From an uncultured Holophagae bacterium (lineage in GTDB: Bacteria > Acidobacteriota > Thermoanaerobaculia > Thermoanaerobaculales > Sulfomarinibacteraceae): DNA of 64,000 bases. The DNA lies in the NCBI GenBank assembly GCA_963710645.1, contig CAVQBD010000009.1:1551199-1615198 (forward strand), in the 5' to 3' direction. The translations under genes were made by a program, and so were the position numbers. Under the pieces are notes generated by a model, which was given only the letters and a program-made list of their open reading frames with translations, had not been told where the DNA came from and searched no databases. This document shows, piece after piece, positions 55,304 to 64,000 of this stretch (position 1 is the first letter of the stretch; each line of letters begins with the position of its first letter).

Positions 55304-55373
55304 CGGAGCCCCGAGCCCCGAGCCCCGAGCCCCGAGCCCCGAATTTCGAATTTCGAATTTCGAATTTCGAATT
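55304..55373. repeat. Two abutting in-register heptamer arrays: CCGAGCC x5, then TCGAATT x5
   Basis: 10 consecutive 7-nt units, read directly. The composition switches from GC-rich to AT-rich with no change of phase. Confidence 0.9.
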
Positions 55374-55387
55374 TTTCCATCATGAAC

Positions 55388-55418
55388 AAAGCCGCCCTCC
55401 GGGATGGAGGGCGGCTTT
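55388..55418. terminator. Strong GC hairpin between convergent genes (bidirectional terminator candidate)
   Basis: AAAGCCGCCCTCC-GGGAT-GGAGGGCGGCTTT. T-runs follow on both strands (TTTAGG on plus, TTTGTTC on minus). Confidence 0.55.
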
Positions 55419-55445
55419 AGGTTCTTGACCGAGATGTCCTGTGCC

Positions 55446-56147
55446 CTACTGCTTGTACTGGGCGTCGTGCTCTTTCTTGATGTCCTTCCACGTCTTTTTG
55501 AACTCCTTCGCTTCCTCCTCGGTCAGGATCCGGAAGGGCACCTGCAACGCACTGCCGGCGAACTTCAAGTTGAGGTAGTGTTGGCCGGTCGTGATGCCGT
55601 CAGGGATGTGGAAGTAGACGCGGCCGACACAGGCCTTCTGCCAGTTGAGGTCCACCTGGTCGTATGCTAGACCGCGTCCTGGCTGCGAGATGTCGGTGAA
55701 GAAGCCGATTCGGCACGGGAGCGTCACGCTGGACGGGAAGTAGTTGATGGAGTCGTGGACCATGTTGGCCCGCGCGTCGAGGGCCCGGAGGTTCGCCTTG
55801 CTGAACTCCTCCTGGCTGGCCAGCGCGATGGTGGAACCGTCTGGCAGCTGGACCGAGATGTCGCCGCGTGTGATGGTCTGGTCCTTGACCCCTTGTCGCA
55901 CGGTCAGGCCCAGATCGAGCAGCATCCACTTCTCCCCAACCGAGTCGTTGGCCACCCGGTAGCCCAGGGTGGCGAATCCTTCGTTGTTGTACGCCATCCT
56001 CACGTACTGTCCAGTGAGTGTGAAGACCTCCGGCACCACCGGGCTTGGAGCCTTGATATCCTGGGCCGTGGCGACTGGCGCCCCCAAGCTGATCACGAGA
56101 ATGCTGATGACACCGAGCAGGCCGAGTTTTTTGGTTTCCATATCCAA
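55446..56147 (-). CDS. Secreted hypothetical protein
   Basis: 233 aa. Signal peptide LGLLGVISILVISLGAPVATAQD. Lys/Glu-rich C-terminal tail. No family recognised. Confidence 0.55.
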   Translation of the reverse strand: MDMETKKLGLLGVISILVISLGAPVATAQDIKAPSPVVPEVFTLTGQYVRMAYNNEGFATLGYRVANDSVGEKWMLLDLGLTVRQGVKDQTITRGDISVQLPDGSTIALASQEEFSKANLRALDARANMVHDSINYFPSSVTLPCRIGFFTDISQPGRGLAYDQVDLNWQKACVGRVYFHIPDGITTGQHYLNLKFAGSALQVPFRILTEEEAKEFKKTWKDIKKEHDAQYKQ

Positions 56148-56353
56148 GTCCTTTTTATGATTACCGTGAATCTGAGACCCGGTGCGTTTTTCAGCGGTCG
56201 GGTCAGGCGGTTACGATACACAATGGGATCATGAAGTGTACCAGTGCGCGACGTCCTCGGGGCCACCCGGCCATCCTGGATGTGATCGATACATCGGGAG
56301 AGCAATTGCCGACCCACCACCCCGCGAATCCACAGCGGTATATTGGTCTTGCG

Positions 56354-57772
56354 ATGCACGATCTCCCTCATGTCCAGGAAGCAGCGGATCGGCCGGGGAT
56401 TTCAAACGTGACCGGGCTGGTAGTGGTTGTCGTCGGTTTCATGCTGTCAAGGGTCTACTTCTGGTGGCTCGGGGTTCGCTTCGAGACCTCGTCGCTCCAG
56501 TGGTACTGGCAGGTGCTCGACCCGCAGCTGCTGGCAACCAGGCTTGCGGAGAGCGTCTTCTTCTTGCACGCCCAGCCGCCGCTGTTCAATCTAATGGTGG
56601 GCGTCGGTCTCAAGCTGTCACCGGATCATGTCGGGCTGGTCTTCCACCTGGTGTATCTCGGTCTGGGACTCGTGCTGGCGGTGGTGATCTACCGGATGTT
56701 GACCCGGTTCGGGCTGTCGCCGCTCATCGCCGCGGTGTTTGTTCTGCTCTACGCCACCTCGCCCAACTGGCTGATGTACGAGAACTGGCTGTTCTACGAT
56801 TTTCCCAACGCAGTGCTCCTCGTCTTTGCCGGCGCGGCGTTGCTGGTTTTCAGTCGAACCTCATCGATTGGCTGGCTGGCCCTTTTCTTTGTCCTGCTCG
56901 CCGCGGTGGTCTGGACCCGTAGTCTTTTTCACCTGGTGTGGTTTGTGGGATGCGTGGGGCTCGTGATGGTGGCCAGACCGCGGCGCTGGCGTGCGATCGC
57001 CGCGGCTGCGGCGGTGCCGATTTTGTTGATCGTCGCGCTGTTTGCCAAAAACCTGGTGGTCTTCGACTTCTTTGGATCGAGTTCGTGGCTGGGGATGAGC
57101 CTCACCAGGCTCACCACGGCCGTGATGGATCCGCCGGAGCGCGGAGCATGGGTGGACGAGGGGCGATTGTCACGGGTGGCGTTGGTGCCGCCCTTCAGTC
57201 CCATCGCGGTCTACGAGTCGGCGGGCGTGCCGGTGCCAGATTGCGGAATACCGGTCCTCGGCTGGCGGCTCAGATCCACCGGCGCGCCCAACTTCAACCA
57301 CGCCGCCTACCTCCAGATCTCACGGATGAGCCTGGACGACGCCAAGGTGGTGATCCGGAGTCGGCCGGGTCTCTACCTGGGTTCGGTGGCTCGGTCGAGC
57401 GGTCGCTTCTTCTGGTCACCGGTCAACTACCCGCCCTTCCGCAACAATCTGGTGGCCACCGCCTCGACCTACAGGCTCTTCGAGTCCACGGTGAACCTGC
57501 CGCCAGTGGCGGCCATACTGGGGTTTCTCGCAGTGGCCTATGGTGGGATCCGGGGGTGGCGTTGGCTGCGCGGGTCGGGATCGGGTGACGACGCTTTCTT
57601 CGCTTTCTCCGTATTCACCATTACATGGGTCTTTTGTGTGAGCAGTTTGTTGGAGCTCGGTGAGAACTTCCGTTTCAGGTTCGCCGTGGAGCCGCTTGTG
57701 GTCGTCATCCTTGGCGCCATGGTTGCTGATTTGATGAGACGAAGGGGCAACGAAGAAGGCAGTGAGTCGTGA
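56354..57772 (+). CDS. Polytopic membrane protein, possibly GT-C-like glycosyltransferase
   Basis: Track ORF 56231..57772 trimmed to MHDLPHV. Many TM segments. FLHAQPPLFNL is reminiscent of the HPPL loop of PMT/ArnT-type enzymes. Weak assignment. Confidence 0.5.
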   Translation: MHDLPHVQEAADRPGISNVTGLVVVVVGFMLSRVYFWWLGVRFETSSLQWYWQVLDPQLLATRLAESVFFLHAQPPLFNLMVGVGLKLSPDHVGLVFHLVYLGLGLVLAVVIYRMLTRFGLSPLIAAVFVLLYATSPNWLMYENWLFYDFPNAVLLVFAGAALLVFSRTSSIGWLALFFVLLAAVVWTRSLFHLVWFVGCVGLVMVARPRRWRAIAAAAAVPILLIVALFAKNLVVFDFFGSSSWLGMSLTRLTTAVMDPPERGAWVDEGRLSRVALVPPFSPIAVYESAGVPVPDCGIPVLGWRLRSTGAPNFNHAAYLQISRMSLDDAKVVIRSRPGLYLGSVARSSGRFFWSPVNYPPFRNNLVATASTYRLFESTVNLPPVAAILGFLAVAYGGIRGWRWLRGSGSGDDAFFAFSVFTITWVFCVSSLLELGENFRFRFAVEPLVVVILGAMVADLMRRRGNEEGSES

Positions 57773-57776
57773 ATCG

Positions 57777-57875
57777 GAGTTTTGAGTGCTCAATTTTGAA
57801 TGTTGAGTTTCCACCCAACCGTTTGGAAGCGGCCAGGAACAATTCAATACTGAGAATTGAGAATTCAAAATTTCC
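57777..57875. repeat. Two AT-rich heptamer-periodic arrays (GAGTTTT GAGTGCT CAATTTT GAATGTT GAGTTTC, and ..GAATTGA GAATTCA AAATTTC)
   Basis: Read directly in the gap upstream of the radical SAM gene. The left array is related to 51907-51941. Confidence 0.6.
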
Positions 57876-57937
57876 GGCAGTCGTCCAACGAAATTAAAAC
57901 GGCTGCACCAGACTCGGTTCATGAGGAGCGCCGCGCC

Positions 57938-59368
57938 ATGAAGGTATTGCTTGTCAACCCCGACTACGCCATCGAACGCTACATGGGCAAGCACTTCGGT
58001 AGGATGGGGTGGGTCATGCCGCCCATGGGTGTGCTCTACCTTGCAGCCCAACTCGAGCGTGACGGGATCGGCGTCAGGGTCTACGACGCCCAGGTGGAAC
58101 AGCGGCCTCTCGCAGAGGTTTTGGGTGATTACAGCCCTCAGATCGTTGGAATCACCTGCGCCACCGCCCTGGTGGAGAGCACCTTTGCCGCGGCCAGGCT
58201 GGTGAAGGAGCACGACCCCTCGGCAGTGGTGTTGGCTGGTGGAGTCCACCCCACAGTGAGGCCTGAGGAAATGCTCCGCTGCGCCGATGTGGACATCGCG
58301 GTGCGCGGCGAAGGGATGATCAGCCAGGTGGAGATCGCCCGCGCCGTGGAAGGCGACGGAGATTTCACCCACATCAGGGGCATCAGCTACCGGCGCGACG
58401 GTGAGATCGTCCACAACCAGGCACGGCCGCTCGAGCAAAACGTGGATTCCTTCCCCTTCCCGGCTCGGCACCTGGTGCCCATGGACGTCTACCGCATGAG
58501 CCCGGATCTCAGCATTCGCAGGCCCTACGACATCGTGTTCGGGGCCTTTGGGTGTCCTTTCGACTGTGTCTTCTGCGCCGCGCAGGTGGTGATGGGGGGC
58601 AGCTTCAGAATGCGGTCCGTGGACAACATCATGGAGGAGATCGACCTGGTGGTGCGGGACTACCAGCCACGGTCACTGCTCATGGGCGACGACAACTTCG
58701 TCATCTCCCCGGAACGCACCATGGAATTCTGCGAGAAGTACCGCGCGCGGGGATATCACCGGACGTTGCCCTGGCAGATCGCCACCCGGGTGGACTCGGT
58801 GGATCCCGAGATCCTCCAGGCCCTGGCCGATGCCGGCTGCTATTTGGTGTCCTTCGGCATCGAAAGCGCCGTGCCGCGTTTGCTCGACACCGTGGAAAAA
58901 GGCGCGAGGCCCGATCAGGCGGAGGCGGCGGTGAGGTGGGCTAAGGAGGCGGGGCTCAAGGTGCGGGCCACCCTCATCCTGGGCTTGCCGGGGGAAACCC
59001 GTGCGGAGAGCCTCGAAACCATCGCCTTTGCCAAACGCCTTCCCATCGACCAGGTCCGCTTCGCACTGGCCACGCCCTATCCGGGGACCCGGCTGTGGGA
59101 GATCGCCCTCGAGGAAGGCTCGCTTCGGGTGGATGACTGGATCGAGCTGAGCTCCATGGGCGGATACCGCGAAGGCGACATCGTCTACGTGCCCGAAGGC
59201 CGCGAATCTGAAGAGCTCAAGAAGCTCCAGCGGCAGGCCAACTTCTCTTTCTATTTTCGGCCCAAGATCATGCTCGGCTTTGCCACCCGAGTACGGTCAT
59301 TGGAGGATGTGAGCGAGTACGTCCGCGGCGCCTGGGGTCTCTTGCGCGCCACTATCGCGCCGTATTGA
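57938..59368 (+). CDS. B12-binding-domain radical SAM protein
   Basis: Track ORF trimmed to MKVLLVNPD. N-terminal cobalamin-binding-like Rossmann domain (PPMGVLYLAA), then the FGCPFDCVFCA CxxxCxxC cluster motif and an ELP3-like TIM barrel. Confidence 0.88.
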   Translation: MKVLLVNPDYAIERYMGKHFGRMGWVMPPMGVLYLAAQLERDGIGVRVYDAQVEQRPLAEVLGDYSPQIVGITCATALVESTFAAARLVKEHDPSAVVLAGGVHPTVRPEEMLRCADVDIAVRGEGMISQVEIARAVEGDGDFTHIRGISYRRDGEIVHNQARPLEQNVDSFPFPARHLVPMDVYRMSPDLSIRRPYDIVFGAFGCPFDCVFCAAQVVMGGSFRMRSVDNIMEEIDLVVRDYQPRSLLMGDDNFVISPERTMEFCEKYRARGYHRTLPWQIATRVDSVDPEILQALADAGCYLVSFGIESAVPRLLDTVEKGARPDQAEAAVRWAKEAGLKVRATLILGLPGETRAESLETIAFAKRLPIDQVRFALATPYPGTRLWEIALEEGSLRVDDWIELSSMGGYREGDIVYVPEGRESEELKKLQRQANFSFYFRPKIMLGFATRVRSLEDVSEYVRGAWGLLRATIAPY

Positions 59369-59693
59369 TATTCCACCGCCCACCCGTTGTTAGACCTTTA
59401 ACTTCAGGTTCATCCGGGGAATCGTGGGGTGGCGATTCTGCGCGCCCGTCTCCGTGCCCGGATTCAGGCGGCAGGGGCAGCGACGGCAATCAGGTACAGC
59501 GTCCGTGATCGGCGGCTGCGTCAGCGATCAGGGGCCGAGGCGGTGATCAGGTGGGATTGCCCCGGATTACGGTCGCTGTTCACCGATGCTGCCATCTGCC
59601 CCGGGCACCGGTTGCTGTCCCTGTCCCTGTCCCGGCCGCAGCCGACTGCCGCTGATCGCTGATAGCTATCGCAGACACTGGCGCCGGAATCCG

Positions 59694-59842
59694 GGCCCTT
59701 GCGTTCGCTTCGATTCACTGACTTCGACGCGCCCATCTCCCAACCGTGCTCCCCGAGGGAGCCCCCTCTGACGATATTTGGTACTCGTCGCGGCAAGCTG
59801 CCTGTTCGACCTCAACCCAAAATCGTCAGAGACGGCACGCCC
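59694..59842 (-). repeat. 149-bp conserved intergenic element, copy C (inverted relative to copy B)
   Basis: Its reverse complement aligns to 51971-52119. The stem here is CTCTGACGAT (59766-59775) / ATCGTCAGAG (59822-59831), a compensatory C:G to T:A change relative to copy B. Confidence 0.8.
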
Positions 59843-59881
59843 GCCTGTCGCGCCCACGTCGCTCCGGGTGGGCGGGTGGTC

Positions 59882-59909
59882 TAGCCCCCAGATCCTAGCC
59901 CCTAGTCCC
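59882..59909. repeat. Heptamer array TAGCCCC CAGATCC TAGCCCC TAGTCCC
   Basis: Read directly. Overlaps the stop codon of the GT-C gene (59902-59904). A separate 6-nt array, CTGTCC x3, lies at 59615-59632. Confidence 0.7.
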
Positions 59910-62163
59910 TTGAAGGGCTCGTCCACCAACCACTGGTGGGGCTGGCGGGCTCGAAATTGAGGCCCAGGAGCACCACACCGAGGCGACGGGTGTCGGCTCC
60001 GTTCCCGCTCTCCGATGGGATGTAGGCGTCACTGAGAAGCCCGATGTCAGCCCCGCCATCGGCGATTTCGGCTGAATCGATGAACATCGAGACGAGCGAC
60101 TCTTCGGGTGTGAGCTCTCCTGCGAACCCCACGTCCAGGCTCTTTCTCCGGATCAGCAGGTTGGCTGGAGTTGGGCGGGGCGAGGCCAGCCGAAGAACCA
60201 GCTCGCCGGGTTCGTCCAAAGCGAGCCGGAGACGGGCCTCGGGTGCGAGCCAGACGCCGCGTCCCAAATCCTCAAAGCTCTCAGGTTGGTAGGCACCCTC
60301 GATCTCCAGCCGGAGTTTGAAGCGGTCGTTTTCGGTGGCGGCCGGCCCGCCAAAGGCGGCCCCGGGCGGTCGGACCACGACACCCAGTAGCTGCGTTGAC
60401 AGGGGTCTGTTGTCTCCGCTGCCCGGAGGGTAGCCGGAGGTGCGCGACAAACGCACGATGATCGGGCAGGCCGATGCCTGCTCGAGCCGGGTCCAGAGAT
60501 GTGCGGTTGGTGCGTCGCCGTCGAACTCAATGGACAGCCCCCCGGCTTCCATCGTCACCACCAGGGGTGCGGGACCGACAGCGGGTCGCAAAGCCAACCC
60601 CACCAGGGTGCCCGCCGGGGCCGGCGGCAACCACAGCTCGGCCGAGGGACCCGCCCACATGAAGGGCGTGCCGTCGGGCAGATGCTCCCGGGTCCACCAC
60701 TGGCCCACCGGCAGAGGTGGGTTGGAGATGAGTTCGGCTGATAGGAAGCGATTCTGCGTCAAGGGTTCGAGATCTTCGGACACCCGCCCGTAGGACCGAG
60801 TATCGCCGGTGAGTGACGGCATGTAGAGGTGGGGGTGAACCGTTGCCACCAGCCACGGCGTTGTGACGCCGAGCCAGGGCTCCGGTGCCCGCGGCGACAA
60901 GACCATGGGTGGGACCGGGTCACCGTTCGCCTCGAGCAGGTGCCACCAATACGAGGAGAAGACGTGGACCTCCGGCTCCACCACCACCGTCCACTGGCGC
61001 TGGGTGGCAACCGACGCGGCCCGGGTCGTTGCCTCCCAGGCTCCGAAGAGTTCGTCATGCTGTTCTTCGAGCAAGGGCAGCGACTTCCAAGCGACAACAC
61101 CGGCCACCCCGAGGGTGCCCGCCACCGCCACGGGGAGCGGCGCCAACGAGGCAGCACCGGCGAGCAGCGGCGCCAGCGCCACCTGGATACCCACCGAGTA
61201 GCGGGCGTAGGACCTATTCTGAAGGGCGTAGAGCTGAGCTGCGGTCAGTCCAATGATGATCAACCACGTAGTGGCGGCCCTGGGACCGACCCGTCGCCAC
61301 CAGACGAGGAGCCCCACCGCGGCGGCCGCCAGCAGAATGGCAGCGATGCCGGGTCCGCCAACGCCATTGGACATCCCTAAATTTTCGAGACCGGGCTTGT
61401 TGAGGTGCAGCCGCGCGGTGTGGAAGTCGGCGTGGGTTACGAACGGCTCGAGAAAGGCCGCCCAACCGCCCTCGAGATGGGCCATGACGGCCACCGAGAT
61501 TGTAACCAGCGCCAGCCCGGCCAGGAGACCGGGCAGGATCCTCCGAACGGGTCGCACCGTGTTGACGCCCACCAGCCAGAGCAGGGCCAGGGTGGGCAGC
61601 AGGATCGGCCGGACCAGGAAGGCTGCGGTCAGCAGCGGGGTGAACCAGGTGACGCGGCGGCCATCAAGTCCGCCCGGAATCATCGCGGCGGCCGCCAGGG
61701 CGAGGGTCACGGCTGCCCAGGTTGAAAAACCTCGCACAGAGTAGAGCCACGGCCCGGGCAGAAAGAGCACCAGCAGGGCGGCAGCGGTGGCCACCGCGGG
61801 CGGGGCCACCTTGCGGCCGAGGATCGACAGCGGCCACAGGGCCAGCACCGAGGCGATGGCCGATAGCCACTGCAGCGCCTGGTAGGGTGAGCCGGCCAAT
61901 GGTCGCAGCAGATTCCCGAGGGTTAGCAGACCGGGGAAGCCGGGCGGCTGTGGAAAGTGGGCGGCGAGCTCGAAGTGGAGCATGCCGCGGGCAAAGATGG
62001 TTTCATCCCACTCCCACGGACCGGAGGCCATCAGACAGGCCCGCGACAACACCAGGGCTACCGTGGCGGCCACGGTCAACACGACGTCCAAACGACGGTC
62101 GTCCAGGCCCCAAAGGAGGAGCAAAGATCCCCGTTTCGTGTCCACTGGAGTCGCGGCTGTCAT
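59902..62163 (-). CDS. GT-C-fold (ArnT/PMT-like) membrane glycosyltransferase with large C-terminal extracytoplasmic domain
   Basis: 753 aa. The first loop, PWEWDETIFARG...HFPQPPGFP, has the DE motif and HxPP-like loop of GT39/GT83 enzymes. About 11 TM segments, then about 350 aa of soluble sequence. Confidence 0.65.
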   Translation of the reverse strand: MTAATPVDTKRGSLLLLWGLDDRRLDVVLTVAATVALVLSRACLMASGPWEWDETIFARGMLHFELAAHFPQPPGFPGLLTLGNLLRPLAGSPYQALQWLSAIASVLALWPLSILGRKVAPPAVATAAALLVLFLPGPWLYSVRGFSTWAAVTLALAAAAMIPGGLDGRRVTWFTPLLTAAFLVRPILLPTLALLWLVGVNTVRPVRRILPGLLAGLALVTISVAVMAHLEGGWAAFLEPFVTHADFHTARLHLNKPGLENLGMSNGVGGPGIAAILLAAAAVGLLVWWRRVGPRAATTWLIIIGLTAAQLYALQNRSYARYSVGIQVALAPLLAGAASLAPLPVAVAGTLGVAGVVAWKSLPLLEEQHDELFGAWEATTRAASVATQRQWTVVVEPEVHVFSSYWWHLLEANGDPVPPMVLSPRAPEPWLGVTTPWLVATVHPHLYMPSLTGDTRSYGRVSEDLEPLTQNRFLSAELISNPPLPVGQWWTREHLPDGTPFMWAGPSAELWLPPAPAGTLVGLALRPAVGPAPLVVTMEAGGLSIEFDGDAPTAHLWTRLEQASACPIIVRLSRTSGYPPGSGDNRPLSTQLLGVVVRPPGAAFGGPAATENDRFKLRLEIEGAYQPESFEDLGRGVWLAPEARLRLALDEPGELVLRLASPRPTPANLLIRRKSLDVGFAGELTPEESLVSMFIDSAEIADGGADIGLLSDAYIPSESGNGADTRRLGVVLLGLNFEPASPTSGWWTSPSRD

Positions 62164-62233
62164 ACCAGGCGATGATACCTCGCGCCTGGCGAGGAGCGCC
62201 TCGCGCGAGAGTGATCATTGTCTACAGAACGCC

Positions 62234-63505
<1,272 letters not shown>

Positions 63506-63731
63506 ACGGGTACTTTTCCTTCTGCGGGCGCACCACCGCCATGGGCGGTCGCGCCGCTTGTACGCTTCCGGCTCATTTTGAAACGGGAGACTTGCCGGTG
63601 AGGCTGCCGTCCGGGCTGGGGTGCCCTGCGTGGTGTCGGATCTGCGCGACTGGCCGCCGTGAGGGGCGTCGCGGGTGGACGACTGAGATAGCCTCTCACG
63701 TTTTGTTCCGAAAGGCAAGCTGGAGGCGTTC

Positions 63732-64000
63732 CTACTGTCCCGGAATGCCCAGGGTGCCTGGCCGAAATCGATAGATGAAGTAGGGCGCTGATCGGCGGAT
63801 GTGTGTCTTCGAACGCATCACCTGGTCCGGAATCGCACTGTCGGCCACGTAGAGCCATCCATCCGGACCGAAACTGAGGGCGTCGGCCCACCGAATGCGT
63901 GGTGTTCTGATCAGGGTCTCGAGGAGCCGGTCTGAACCGACCCTCATCACCGCGCCGTGTTCCACGTCGGTGATGAAGACGTTCCCCTCCACATCGGTGC
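63732..64000 (-). CDS. C-terminal part of a beta-propeller protein (SMP-30/gluconolactonase/LRE-like). The 5' end lies beyond the window.
   Basis: The frame is open to the window edge. ALSFGPDGWLYVADS is typical of 6-bladed propeller lactonase-like proteins. Weak call. Confidence 0.4.
   Translation of the reverse strand, partial: TDVEGNVFITDVEHGAVMRVGSDRLLETLIRTPRIRWADALSFGPDGWLYVADSAIPDQVMRSKTHIRRSAPYFIYRFRPGTLGIPGQ

Noticed and set aside
55304-55373. Possibility that the tandem arrays are CRISPR arrays.
   Set aside because: - The units are 7 nt and directly abutting, with no spacers.
- No cas genes are in the window.
- The repeats are far shorter than any CRISPR repeat.
59462-59552. Recurrent (A/G)ATC(A/G)GG motifs (ATTCAGGCGG, AATCAGGTAC, GATCGGCGGC, GATCAGGGGC, GATCAGGTGG) upstream of the 149-bp element copy C, as a possible binding-site array.
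   Set aside because: The spacing is irregular (about 27, 18, 19 and 18 nt) and the matches are short and degenerate. I could not separate them from chance in GC-rich sequence without statistics.

Overview
GC-rich bacterial chromosomal window with a Gram-negative-type envelope (TonB-dependent receptor, lipoproteins). The lineage cannot be fixed from sequence alone. An Acidobacteria/Gemmatimonadetes-like environmental genome is only my guess. I call about 50 protein genes and see no rRNA, tRNA, CRISPR array, transposase or integrase. Many long ORFs in the track are antisense shadows typical of high-GC DNA and were not called.

Gene content:
- 1-23.6 kb: a LacI-controlled locus. A lipoprotein beta-propeller phytase, HAD hydrolase and LacI repressor lie on the minus strand. 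Opposite them is a 16-gene plus-strand string: TonB-dependent receptor, three Gfo/Idh/MocA dehydrogenases, an OPA-type MFS transporter, PfkB kinase, Zn-ADH, a creatininase-family hydrolase, a TIM-barrel epimerase, a UxaE-like epimerase, a LarA homolog, PhoD, a metallophosphoesterase and a DUF5916/CBM9-like protein. I read this as phytate scavenging coupled to the Thermotoga-type (IolG-IolM-IolN-IolO-UxaE) inositol pathway.
- glpK-glpD.
- A secreted AhpC/TSA peroxiredoxin with an in-frame TGA exactly at the peroxidatic Cys position, making it a candidate selenoprotein.
- An RsbU/RsbW/RsbV-type partner-switching module.
- carAB.
- A BLUF photoreceptor gene followed by a PPP-phosphatase/PI3-4-kinase-like fusion.
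- kynU, MATE, acs and a K+ channel.
- A B12-radical-SAM gene between two GT-C-like membrane proteins.
- A DEAD-box helicase.

The least expected signal is non-coding. At least 12 intergenic regions carry short tandem arrays with strict 7-nt periodicity, using several different heptamers, often as inverted array pairs at gene 3' ends. These are mixed with a mosaic of larger repeats:
- a 149-bp element present twice at roughly 80 percent identity, with a compensatory base-pair change in a 10-bp stem;
- a ~110-120 bp MITE-like element with 5-bp flanking direct repeats, one copy apparently nested inside a copy of the first element;
- GGTGCCAGGCACC palindromes.

All functional calls are from motif recognition by eye. 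No database search was run.
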